The position numbers were made by a program, and so were the translations under genes. A stretch of DNA of 64,000 nt from the human T2T-CHM13v2.0 reference genome, Homo sapiens. Positions 41,099 through 58,300 of this stretch are shown here, piece by piece. Where the stretch lies: assembly GCF_009914755.1 (NCBI RefSeq), contig NC_060939.1; one strand, written 5' to 3'. The notes beneath the pieces were generated by a model. That model made no database searches, was not told the DNA's origin, and saw nothing but the letters and a program-made list of their open reading frames with translations. Every line of letters begins with the position of its first letter. Position 1 is the stretch's first letter.

Positions 41099-41281
41099 CA
41101 GGGGCGCCCTCCAGTAGGGCACAAGGAGCACACCTGTGCAGTTGTTTACATATAAGAGCCCCTGCCAAGGGGCTCAGGGGGTTGCTCACCAAACAGGCAT
41201 CCTGGAGTAGGCTGCATCCACCCGGGAGAGGGACCCGCTTTCTAATTGTGCAAAGGTGCCTGATGATTTGGCAGAACCCTG
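41099..41281. mobile_element. MER91A-like hAT-Tip100 MITE
   Basis: caggggcgccc ... 'ggctgcatccacccgggagaggga...tttctaattgtgcaaaggtgcc' ... accctg termini. Confidence 0.65.
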
Positions 41282-42419
41282 GATTCCAATAAGTGCTGTG
41301 CTAAATCTGGAGAAAGCCCAGCCTGCCCCTCCTGGACACCACCACGCAGCACTTTACAAAACATCTATGTATTCTAGTCCGCACCCTGGGTGAATCTAGC
41401 CTGCAGAGTGGTTTGTTTTTTTTCTGTTGTCATTGTTGTTTGTTTGTTTGTTTGTTTGTTTTTCCTATTCAGGTTCCATTTCTTTCATTCAGTTGAAGTG
41501 CCTTGAGAAGGGGATGCACCTTCTTGTAGGTCGCAGCCGCCTCCTCTCCCTCCTGTCCCAGCCACCATCCCTGCAGGCCCTGGCCTCTGACTCATCTCCT
41601 AGAGCAACCGGATGGCCTCGGATAGGCCCACTGGTCTTTGGAAAAGTCATGAGGGACACAAGCAGATGTCCAGCTCAGCTTTGTGGTCCTGGCCTGGGCA
41701 ACCCCCTGCTCCCTCAGAAGAGGCCTCTGGGGAGGAGGGGTCTACAGGGAACAGAGGAGGGGGTGGGAAAGTGGGGTGGATGCAGGAGAAGCCAGGGAGG
41801 TTTGACTGGCTCAAGAGGTAATGGCGCTGTCTGGAGGCCAGGACGCTGAGATCTCTGGGATCTTTGACCCTCGGAGACTCTGCTCCCCAGTTTGTTCTCC
41901 CTGTTCCCCTCTGGCCATTTCCCTGGAGATGTTAGCAATCCAAGCCCTCAAAACACAAAGGCTTGTGTGTTTGCCTTCCCAGATCTGGACTGTATTCTGT
42001 GTTGTGGGGGAGGGGATGGCTTTAGTTCAGCGCGAAAGCTCATTATAACCCCAGAAAGAAAGCAGGGGTCAGTGTGGGGGCCATCAGGGACTGAGGGGAG
42101 GCACTGGGGGATGTGTGCAGGGGGTCCCCATGCCACCCAACCCTGGGCTGAGTGGGCCCCTGCAGACCCTGGGGACGCAGACTGTCCCACCCCAGACCTG
42201 TGCTCACACCACCCCTCGGACACCACTGGGCAGACGGGCGTTCTATGGGCCCCCGCTCTGTTGATCCAGGCCAGGCTGATGTGCAGATGGGTGATGGCAG
42301 TGATACCATGCCTTGTCCCCTCCCAGATCGCCTGCTCTGCCTGGTGGGGGACATAAAGCCTTACCCAGGCATAAAGATTCCTAGTGTTTGCCAGATGCTT
42401 CTCACTGTTACCTGGATGC

Positions 42420-42640
42420 ATTTGTTTTCATTTTAGTTATACTTTTATTTTTAGTGTGCATGAGAAAAATAAAATGAATACATCAAACAGTGGTTAAATG
42501 GATTTATGGCCTAGGATGGAACTAAGTTAAATGTTAGTTGATTTAAGGAAATACATTAAGTAAATAATAGTACAGGTGGTAGACAGATAAAGTTAAAAAA
42601 TGTGTTGGAACGCAAAAGGCTGAAGTTTGGTGAACTCTTT
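42420..42640. mobile_element. hAT-Charlie DNA transposon remnant (MER113-like)
   Basis: 'aaataatagtacaggtggta...ctgaagtttgg' recalled terminal motif; subfamily uncertain. Confidence 0.45.
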
Positions 42641-43289
42641 GTTGTCCCAGGCAAGGGTGAGGCTCCCCAACTGCACTGTGCCTTGTCCCATCTTATCCTG
42701 CCCTGCCCAGTCCCTAACACAGGCTCAGCCCAGGAGACACTGAAGGAGACTGGCTTTCACAAACACAGAGGACACCACAAGCCCCAAACTTGCTCTGGGG
42801 CAGAGCAGCTGCTGGGGGTGGGGAGCAGTTTATGTGGCTTTTGTCCACATCTTTTCTCCAGCAGCCTTCGATCCACCCTTTCAAGGGGTGCATTTAAGAA
42901 AGCTGGATTCCTAGGGAGGCACCACAGTCTTGCTCCCCCCAAAACAGAACTGGAGACAACAGAGCTGCAAATAAAAAGAGGCTTTGGAAACACACTCACT
43001 CTGAACAACCCACTCCTTAGGAGCCAGAAGGTCCAGACAGTGGCTGGGAGACCTCCACGCAGCCCCTTCACCTCTCCTCCTCCATCCAACACGATCACAT
43101 CGCCCATTTTGTGCTGAGTGGGGAATGAGAGGATGCATGAAATGCTTTGGGAAGTCCAGGGTGCATGGCAAGGGTTCCGATTTCTCCACTCCCTGCCACT
43201 GCCTGCGGGTCACCCTTGCCCACTCTGCTCCACAACCCAGGGCTCCTGGGATTCGGTGGAGGGAAAAGCCCGTGAAGGGGACAAATGGA

Positions 43290-43650
43290 TGAGGAAACAG
43301 CCCCTACAGCCCCTCTCAGCAAGATCAGCGCCGCAAAGGTAAACTGCCCACAATGCATTAGCTGGCTTTGTCAGGGAAATTGCTTTAGCCTAGCATCATT
43401 TTTTATGTGCCTGTTCAATAAAATAATTATTGATAGCCTCATCCATTTAAGTCACAATCAAAATAGCAGCCAGGATGGGGCAGCCCTATATTATATCACC
43501 AGACCGAGAACTATTTTCTATAAATTCACAAATACATTCACATTTAGGTGAAAAATTATGCCGTCTAGGATCAAATATATCAGAGGCTGGGAGCCGGGAG
43601 GGAGAGGGCCGGGGTCTGAGGGCTTCTTCATTATTCATTAGTGAAACACG
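43290..43650. promoter_or_regulatory. Putative developmental enhancer / conserved non-coding element
   Basis: AT-rich apparently unique island in GC-rich flanks with CAATAAAA, TAATTA, TATTGAT, TTTTATG, ACAAT and GATCAAA motifs. Confidence 0.45.
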
Positions 43651-45104
43651 CAGGAGCGGGAGGAGCAGCCCTGTGCCTGCCAGTGGGCATCATGGATGGT
43701 AGAGAAGAGATGCCAGTCCCCACTGGAGGCGAGCGATGCTGGCCCTATCTGAAAGCCAGGCAGGCAGAGAGCACCAGCTTTTCCAAGGAGGAAGAAATGA
43801 ATACGTGTGAGTTAGGAGAGAAACCCATGATTCCCCAGGTGTTAAGAGCTGTGTGCCAATTATCCAGCAATTATCACCATCCAAGATGGTGGGGCAGCTG
43901 CAGAGAGAAAAGAGCAGTAGGGGTTGGGGGTGGGAAGGTGGAACCTGAGCCAGGGTAGAGTGAGAGCGAGTGGAAAAGAACAATGGCCAAGCATTGTTGT
44001 GTACCAGGCCCTGTGCTGGGCCACCAGTCGTCTCATCGATCCCCCCAATGGGCCACTGCTGAGGCGAGGGCCTGAGGCTCAGGGGGGGAATTCACTCCTC
44101 CAAATGTGCACAGCTTGTAAAGGGCAGAGCTCGGCTTTCTCATCTAATCTCTCAGAGGCCAAGTTGTGTTCTGGAAGGGCCTCATTCAATAATTTATTGG
44201 TAGGTGTGGACTGGAGTTGGAGGCGTTCAGAGTAGGGGCAGAATGGGGATTGCTTGTTTATTAAGGTTTCTTGTCTGCTTGTGTGTTTGGAGAAAAAATG
44301 TGCTTGGCCAAAGCACCAGCACTACTTTCTGAAAGTGAGAAGGTAAGGGAATTCGGGAGAAATCAAGAAAACAGCTAACTTCTGCATCATGGAGGTGGTG
44401 TGGGCCTGGCTGGGTGCAGGCTGTCCAGGGCCAGGCCTAACTTATCTGCAGGGCTTTCTTCAAAACCCCATCCACTTAAGGATAACCCCAGCAAAGGTCC
44501 CTTCCTGGTCTGCCTCTCCACCCCACCTCTATTTTTAATCGCTTTCCCTCCCACCCCCATGCCACCCCCACCTCCCACCCCAGGAAGCTCCTAGTGCTCA
44601 TGTACCAGTGCAGATGGGTTCTCTCTGCCCGGAAGTCTGCATTTTAAATGATTTCTAATTATGACTTGAAAGGCTCTGACTCTGGAGATGGGATTTCAGG
44701 AGTTGGCAAAGTATTCTAAGGTCTGGAGATGTCTCCCCCTTGTTGCCCCTAAAATCATACCCTATAGAGCACTGTCTTCCCACTTCTGTTCAGGGCCAGT
44801 CCTGAGCCTGTGCCTTCAGTGACACACAAAGTTCAGGGGTTCTGGTGTTGGAGGCATAGATAGGAAGACTTTGGACAGGGAAACTCTTAAAGCTTGCTTC
44901 CTGGTACTTGACCCTCCTCTTGCCTCCTTTAATTAACAAGAGCCCATTTCATTACCTGTGATCTTACCTGGCAAGGCATTTTACTTGTAGGATTTATCTT
45001 GGAAAATCCTGGCCTCATGCACAAACAAACTCAGGTCTTAACCTGGCCCTGAATACCCATCTTTCCTGTTTGGAGAACTGTCAGCAGCCTCATCAAAATG
45101 ATGG

Positions 45105-45715
45105 GGCCCCTTTGGAAAACAGCCTGGCCGTGCCACAGATGTTAAACACAGAGTTACCACAGGATGCAGCAATTCCTCCCCTGGGCATAGATACCCGAGA
45201 GAATGGAAAACATGGGCCCACACAAAGGGTTGGAGAAGAATGTGCAGAGCGCCATTATTCATGATAACCAAAAGTGGGAACAACTCAAATGTCCATCAAC
45301 AAATGAGTGGATAAACAAAATGTGGGATAGCCATACAATGAAATAGCACTCAGTAAAAAAGAATGACGTGTTGATTCATGGCACAAAATGGATAAACGTC
45401 GAAAACAAAGCGAAAGAAGCCAGTCACTAATAGACCACATATTGGATGATCCCACTTCTGTATAATGTCCAAAATAAGCAAAGCCATACAGATAGAAAGT
45501 AGATTTACGGTTGCCTAGGGTTGAGGTGTATAGGGAAGAATTGTTAGAAGGAAATGAGGAGTGAGTGCTAATGGGTATGGGGTTTCTTTTGGGGGTGATA
45601 AAAAGGTCCCCAAATTGATGGTGGTGATGGTTCCATACTTCTGAACACACAGATTGTACTCTTTAAATGGGTCAATTGTATGACATGTAAATTATATCTC
45701 ACTCTGTTAAAAGCA
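45105..45715 (+). mobile_element. L1MB 3' end
   Basis: 'tttggaaaacagcctggc...gttaaacacagagttacca...aaatgtccatcaacaaatgagtggataaacaaaatgtgg...ggtttcttttgggggtgat...aaattatatctc'. Confidence 0.85.
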
Positions 45716-45817
45716 AATAAAGATTATGCCCATTACTTGGCTGCCAAGGCCTCTAAAACCTTGCTCCTCCTGATGGCAGCCCTTCCACCTGCCTTCCACT
45801 CATGCCCACAAACCTGA

Positions 45818-46367
<550 letters not shown>

Positions 46368-48621
46368 ATTTGTGACTCTTATCTACTGGATGAGTAGCCT
46401 CCCGTGGCAGGCACTGCCATGAACCACAGGCCAGAAAGAGACGGAGACCTTCCCAGTACCACATGGTTGATCAGGGGATGAACCAGGGCTGGCCCTCCGT
46501 CCCTGGGCTTTCCATCGACGGTTCCCCTCTACCATCACTGGGCAAGGCCCCTAAAAGACAGCCTCGCCCACCCATTGGCTCCACGACAGGCAACTTTTTA
46601 CAGATAACGACATGACAGCCCCTGCTGGAATTAAAGCAGGAAGGTTGGGGTGGGGAGGGCAGTTCCCCCACAGGCTTTCGTTGCTAGGCCCTCTGCGGTG
46701 TAATAACTCTCCACACACCTGTCCAGCCCAGCTGTTACAGAGCACTTTCCCACCATTAACTCGTGCCTCTGGGAGATGCGCAAATGCCAGCTCGATTTGG
46801 GTGGTGGAAGGTGGGTGGGGAACCATCTGAAGCTTAGGCCTGACAGATGCAGAAGGCTCCAGGCAGGGTGGAGGTAGCCTCTGGGGAGCCTATGGGTTCC
46901 CCATAAATGTCCCAAAGTTGGGCAGATGAATAAGGGTGGGGATGCCACTGGGCTCAAGCAGGTCAGTCTCTTTTAGGGTCAAGTATTGGCCACCAAGGTC
47001 ACTTGGCCAGCTTTCCCCCAAGCTGATTTGATATCCCAGGCTCCAGGTCAGATTCCAGTTCCAGAGTCTCCGCCCTTCTGAGATGCCCACAGCAGGGAGC
47101 AGCCACATTGATCCAGGAGGGCCTGACCCCAGCTGCATTCTCCATCTATCATCCAGAGGGCACACCAGGTAAATATGCCATCCCTGAAGCCGGGAGATCC
47201 TGAGGCCTCCCGGAACAGGATGTCCATACAGTGATTGAACAAATGCCTGTTTACACAGCATCCTCGCTGCAGACATTGCTGAAACAACCACATCAGGCTG
47301 CCTGCAGCCCCCCTGGACTGAGGTCTTTGACCCTCTGGGCTTGGCTAGAAGGGTGCAGTGAAGGTACAGTGTGGCTGTGTAGGGTATGTCTCAAATCACA
47401 AGGGCATGCTGGGGAGAGAGGTGGGAGTAAGGGGCTCCTCCTCCCAGGAAAGGCAAAGGGCCCAAGATGAGCCCCAGACATCCTCTGCTTGAGGATGGTC
47501 CTCTCCATCCCAACTAGGCCCAGAAGGCAGGTCCAGATTCAAAGACAGGTGTGGAAAGGAGGCGGGTCCACCTGCAGGGTCTATGGTCTTTAAGGGAAAG
47601 ACCATAGATGGGTGGCCCATGATGGAGAGGGTGGACACAGCAGGGAGACCCAGGGCATAGCGCTCCCAGCCTGGAGAAGGAGGAGAGGAAGGGAATCTTC
47701 CCCCACCATGTGGCCATGTTGGGCTGCTGCACCTCCTGGCCCACCAGCTGGGCAAACGCTGGGGCTGGCCTACCACGCCGGGAGCCAGCCTTTTCCCGGT
47801 GTAGGGCACCTGTGTACAGAGTGGCTGGGGCCTGGATGCACATTAGGGACATCCCCTGCATTGTGGTGGGGCTCACTCCATCATAGGAACACGGGTGTGC
47901 ATCCACACATGCTCACAAAAACACATTCATTCAAGAAATATTTATCAATTAAAAGCTTTCTAGAGACAAATGAGAATGAGAACACAATTTACCAAAACCT
48001 ATGAGAGACAGCAAAAGCAGTCCTAAGATGGAAGCTTATAGCAATGAACGCCTATATCAAAAAAGTAGAAAGATCTCAAATAACAACCTTACCTTATTCC
48101 TCAAAAAACTAGAAAAACAAAGACAATCTAAGCCAAAAACAAGTAGAAGGAAAGAAATAATAAAGATCAGAGCAGAAATAAATAAAATAGAGATGAGGAA
48201 AATGATGCAAAACGTCAACAAAATAAAAAGCTGATTTTTTAAAAAGACAACAAATCTTTAGCTAGACTAAGAAAAAAAACTCAAAATAAATCAGAAATGA
48301 GAAAGGAGACATTACAACTAATACCACAGAAATACAAACTATGACTACCACGGTAGTTGCAACAGATTACCATGAACAACTATGCACCAACAAATTGAAA
48401 AACCTAAAGGAAATGGATAAATTCCTATACACATACAACCTACCATGAATGATTCATGAAGAAGCAGAAAACCTGAACAGACCAATAAATAATGAGTAAT
48501 AAGATTGAAGCAGTAATAAAAAGCTCCCATCAAAGAAAAGCCAAGGGCCTGATGGCTTCACTGCTAAATTCTACTAAACATATAAAGAAGAGTTAACACC
48601 ATTTTTTCTACTCAAACTATA

Positions 48622-48979
48622 TGTATTAGTCTGTTCTCACACTGCAAATAAAGACATACCCGAGACTGGGTGATTTATAAAGAAAAAGAGGTTTAATGGA
48701 CTCACAGTTCCATGTGGCTGTGGAGGCCTCACACTCATGGTAGAAGGAGAAAGGCGTATCTTACACTGTGGCAGGCAAGAAAGAACGAGAGCCAAGTGAA
48801 AGGGGAAACCCCTTATAAAATCATCAGCTCTTGTGAGACTTATTCACTATCACAAGAGCAGTAGGGGGAAACCACCCCCATAACTCAGTATCTCCCACTG
48901 GCTCCCTCCCACAACACCTGGGAATTATGGGAGCTACAATTCAAGATGAGATTTGGGTGGGACACAGCCAAACCATATG
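48622..48979 (-). mobile_element. THE1 (THE1C-like) MaLR solo LTR
   Basis: tgtattagtctgttctcac...gagatttgggtgggacacagccaaaccatat is the reverse complement of the THE1 LTR. Confidence 0.93.
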
Positions 48980-48989
48980 AAAGAAAGAA

Positions 48990-49077
<88 letters not shown>

Positions 49078-49103
49078 AAGAAAGAAGAGAGAGAGGGAGA
49101 GAG

Positions 49104-49192
<89 letters not shown>

Positions 49193-49203
49193 GAAAGAAA
49201 AAA
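48979..49203. repeat. Compound (GAAA)n/(GA)n microsatellite
   Basis: ~225 bp purine-only tract. Confidence 0.97.
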
Positions 49204-50222
49204 TGAAGAGGAGGGAATACTTTCACATTTATTCTACAAGACCAGCATTACTCTGATACCAAAACCACACAAAGATACAACAACAACAAAAGAAAACTAC
49301 AGGATAATATCCCTCATGAACACTCATGCAAAAATCCTCAACAAAATACTAGCAAATCAAATTTAATAACACATTGAAAAGATCAGTCACCATGATCAAG
49401 TAGGATTCATCCCAGTGACACAAAAATGGTTCAACATACACAAATCAGTACATGTGATACATCACATTAACAGAATCAAGGACAAAAACCATATAATTAT
49501 TTCAATAGATGCTGAAAAAGCATTCATTAAAATTCAAAATCCTTCATGATAGAAACTCTCAACAAACTAGGAATATATAATACCTCACCACAATAAAGGC
49601 CATATATGGCAAATCCACAGCTAACATTATACTGAATGGGGAAAAGTTGAAAGTTTTTCCTCTGAAGTCTGGAATAAAAAGGGATGCCCACTTTCACCAC
49701 TTTTATTCAACATAGTACTGGAAGTTCTAGCCAGAGTAATTAGACAAGAGAAAGAAATAAAGGGCATCCAAATTGGAAAGGAGGAAGTCAAATTATCCCT
49801 GTTTATAGATGGCATGATTTTATATATAGAAAACTCTAAAGATTCCACACACAAAAATGTTAGAACTAATAAAGTAACTTAGTAAATTTAAGGATAAAAA
49901 TATCAACATACAAAAATCAGTAGTATTTCTATACACTAATAGCTAGCTATCTGAAAAAGAAATCAAGAAAGGAAATACATTTACAATAGCTACAAAAAAA
50001 TACCTAGGAATCAATTTGACCAAGGAGGTGAAAGATCTCTACAATGAAAATTCTAAAACACTGATGAAAGAAATTGAAGTGACAAGTAAATGGAAAGATA
50101 TTCATGAATTAGAATAACTAATATTGTTAAAATGTCTATATTACTAAAACTAATCAATGGATTCAATGCAATTCTTATCAAAATATCAATAACATTCTTC
50201 ACCAAAGTAGAAAAAAACAAAG

Positions 50223-50515
<293 letters not shown>

Positions 50516-53109
50516 AAAAAAACAATCTTAAAATTCATATGGAAAGTCAAAGACCCCAAATAGCCAAAGCAATCTTCAACAAAAAGGATAAAACTGGAGG
50601 CATCACACTACCTAACTTCAAAATATACTACAAAGCTATAGTAACCAAAACAGCATGATACTGGCATAAAAACAGACGCATAGACCAGTAGAACAGAATA
50701 GAGAACTCAGAAATAAATCCCTGCATTTTCAACCAACTGATTTTTGACAAAGACACTAAGAACACACGTTGGGGAAAGGATGGTCTCTTCAATGCATAAT
50801 GCTGGGAAAACTAGATATCCACAGGCAGAAGGATGAAACTAGAGCCCTATCTCTCACCATATACAAAAATCAATTCTAAATTGATTAAAGACTTAAATGT
50901 AAGATTCAAAACTATGAAAATTCTAGAAGAAATATGGGAGAAATGCTTCATAAAATTGGGCTGGGCAAGGATTTTTTGAATAAGACCTAAAAGGCATAAA
51001 AGCAAAAATAGACAAATGAGATTACATCAAGCTAAAAAGCTTCAACAGCAAAGGAAACAATCAATAAACTGAGCAGGTAATCCACAGAATGGGAGAGATT
51101 ATTGACAACTATGCAGCTGACAATGGGTTAATATTTAGCATATGTAAATAACTCAAACAACTCAATAGCAGAAAAACAAATAATCCAATTAAACATGGGC
51201 AAAGACCTTCTCAAAATAAGACATACAAATGGCCAACAGATATATGAAAAAAAGTTCAACATCACTAATCATCAGAGAAATGCAAATGGAAACCACAGTG
51301 CAATATTACCTCACCCCAGCTAGAATGGCTATAATCAAAAAGACAAAAAAAAATAACAAATTCTGGCAAGGATGCAGAGAAAAGGGAATTTTTATATTCT
51401 GTTGTGGGAATGTAAATTAGTATAATCATTATAAAAAAAACAGTATGGAGGCTCTTCAAAAAATTAAAAATAAAACTACAATATAATCCAGCAATCCCAT
51501 TCCTGGGTATACATCCAAAGGAAATAAAAATCAGTATGTCTAAGAGATATCTGCACTCCCTTGTTTATTGTGGCATTATTCACAATAGCCAAGATATGGA
51601 ATCAACCTAAGTGTCCATCTAATGATAAACAGATAAAGAAAATGTGGTATGTATACACAATAGAATACTATGCAGTCATAAAACAAAATGAAATCCTATC
51701 ATTTGTGACAACACAGATGAACCTGGAGGACATTATGTTAAGTGAAAAAAGCCAAGCACAGAAAGACAAACCCTGCATGATCTCAATCATATGTGGAATC
51801 CAAAGAAGTTGATTTCATAGAAATACAGAGGAGAATGGTGGCCACCAGAGGCTGGGGAGTCTCTTCAATAAATGTTCTCTTCAATAAATGATGCTGGGAA
51901 AACTAAATATCCACAAGCAGAAGAATGAAACTAGAGGCCTCTCACTATATACAAAAATCAACTCTAAACGGATTAAAGACTCAAATGTAAGATTCAAAAC
52001 TATGAAACTTCTCCCAGTGGAGAGACCGGGAGAGGTTGGTTAACAGGTTCACAGTTATAGTTAGACAGGACAAATAAGTTCTGGTGTTCTATTGCACCAA
52101 AGAGTGATCACAGCAAATAACAATGTAGTGTAGATTTCAAGATAGCTAGAAGATTTTGAATGTTATCACCATAAAAAAAGATAAATGTTTTAATTGATGG
52201 ATATGATAATTACCACAACTTTTTCATATGTATGCATGCATTGAAACATCACATTGTCCTCCTAAAATACATATTATTATGTGTCAATTATAAATAAGAA
52301 TTAAATATGATAAAAGAAATATTTATTAAGCACTTACTTTGCACCAGAGCTTCTTCCAAGTTTTGAGAATACAGCAATGAACAAAACCATCTCTGCCCTC
52401 ATAGAACTCACATTATTGGCAAAAGGGTGCCAATTAGAAAGGAGACCCTATTGCAGCCCACGGAGGGTGAGCCACAGCAGGGTGGGGTGTTGCCTCACCA
52501 GGGAAGCACAAGGGGTCAGGGATTTCCCTTTCCTAGCCAAGAGAAGCCATGACAGACTGTACCTGGAGGAATGGTACACTCCCGTCTACATACTGTGCTT
52601 TTCCCAAGGTCTTACCAATCGGCAGACCAGGAGATTCTCTCCCGTGCCTGGCTCGGGGGTCCCACGCCTACGGAGACTTGCTCACTGCTAGCACAGCAGT
52701 CTGAGATCGACCTATGACACTGCAGCCTGGTGGCGTGAGGGGTGTCAGCCAATGCTGAGGCTTGAGTAGGTAAACAAAGTAGGTAGGGAAGCTCAAACTG
52801 GGCAGAGCCCACCGCAGCTCAGCGAGGCCTACCACCTCTCTAGACTCCACTTCTGTGGGCAGGGCATAGCTGAACAAAAGGCAGCAGACAACTTCTGCAG
52901 ACTTAAACGTCCCTGTCTGACAGCTCTGAAGAGAGCAGTGGTTCTCCCAGCACAGTGTTCAAGCTCTGAGAACGGACAGGCTGCCTCCTCAAGTGGGTCG
53001 CTGACCCCCATGTAGGTTGACTGGAAGATACCTCCCAGTAGGGGCCGACAGACACCTCATACAGGTGGGTGCCCCTCTGGGACGAAGCTTCCAGAGGAAG
53101 GATCAGGCA

Positions 53110-53177
53110 GCAATATTTACTGTTTTGCAATATTTGCTGTTCTGCAGTATTTGCTGTTCTGCAATATTTGCTGTTCT
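53110..53177 (+). repeat. 17-bp tandem repeat x4 (gcaatatttgctgttct) in the L1 5' UTR
   Basis: Copies start at 53110, 53127, 53144 and 53161. Confidence 0.92.
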
Positions 53178-53372
53178 GCAGCCTCCACTGTTGATACCCA
53201 GGCAAACAGGATCTGGAGTGGACCTCCAGCACACTCCAACACACCTGCAGCTGAGGGGCCTACTGTTAGAAGGAAAACTAACAAACAGAAAGGAATAGTA
53301 TCAACATCAACAAAAAGGAAATCCACATCAAAACCCCAACATCAAAGACCAAAGATAGATAAAACCACAAAG

Positions 53373-54407
53373 ATGGGGAGAAACCAGAGCAGAAAAACTG
53401 AAAATTCCAAAAACCAGAGCACCTCCTCTCCTCCAAAAGATCGCAGCTCCTTGCCAGCAACGGATCAAAACTGTACGGAGAAGGAATTTGACGAGTTGAC
53501 AGAAGTAGGCTTCAGCAGGTCGGTTATAACAAACTACTCTGAGCTAAAGGAGCATGTTCTAACCCATCGCAAGGAAGCTAGAAACATTGAAAAAAGGTTA
53601 AATGAATGGTTAACTAGAATAAACAGTGTCAAGAAGTGCTTAAATGACCTGATGGAGCTGAAAACCACAGCATGAGAACTTCGTGATGCACACATAAGCT
53701 TCAATAGACGATTCGATCAAGTGGACGAAAGGACAAAAGGATATCAGTGATTGAAGATCAAATTAATGAAATAAAGTGAGAAGACAAGATTAGAGAAAAA
53801 AGCATGAAAAGAAACACACAAAGCCTCCAAGAAATATGGGACTATGAGAAGAGACCAAATCTACATTTGATTGGTGTACCTGAAAGTGACGGGAAGAATG
53901 GAACCAAGTTAGAAAACACTCCTCAGGATGGTATCCAGGATAACTTCCCCAACCTAGCAAGGCAGGCCAACATTCAAATTCAGGAAATACAGAGAACACC
54001 ACAAAGATACTCCTCAAGAAGAGCAGTCCCAAGGCACATAATTGTCAGATTCACCAAGGTTGAAATGGAGGAAAAAATGTTAAGGGCAGCCAGAGAGAAA
54101 GGTTGGGTTACTCACTAAGGGAAGCCCATCAGAACTAACGGCAGATCTCTCAGCAGAAACCCTACAAGCCAGAAGAGAGTGAGGGACAATATTCAACATT
54201 CTTAAAGAAAAGAATTTTAAGCCCAGAATTTCATATCCAGCCAAACTAAGCTTCATAAGCGAAGGAGAAATAAAATCCTTTACAGACAAGAAAATGCTGA
54301 GAGATTTTGTCACCACCAGGCCTACCTTACAAGAGCTCCTGAAGGAAGCACTAAACATGGAAAGGAACAACCAGTACCAGCCACTGCAAAAACATGCCAA
54401 ATTGTAA
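53373..54407 (+). pseudogene. LINE-1 ORF1p (RNA-binding chaperone), disrupted
   Basis: MGRNQSRKTENSKNQSTSSPPKDRSS...; premature stop at 53675 and frameshifts; later fragment SLQEIWDYEKRPNLHLIGVPE. Confidence 0.93.
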
Positions 54408-54470
54408 AGACCATTGATACTATGAAGAAACCCCAACAATTAATGAGCAAAATAACCAGCTAACATCATA

Positions 54471-58300
<3,830 letters not shown>

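Noticed and set aside
48885-49366. Lys/Glu/Arg-rich and Phe/Leu/Ser-rich ORFs (also 11950-12327 and 60905-61421)
   Set aside because: Translations of GAAA/GGA simple repeats
53110-53177. Short direct-repeat arrays (here and 61112-61256) as CRISPR-like
   Set aside because: Head-to-tail repeats without unique spacers in a primate genome; ordinary tandem repeats
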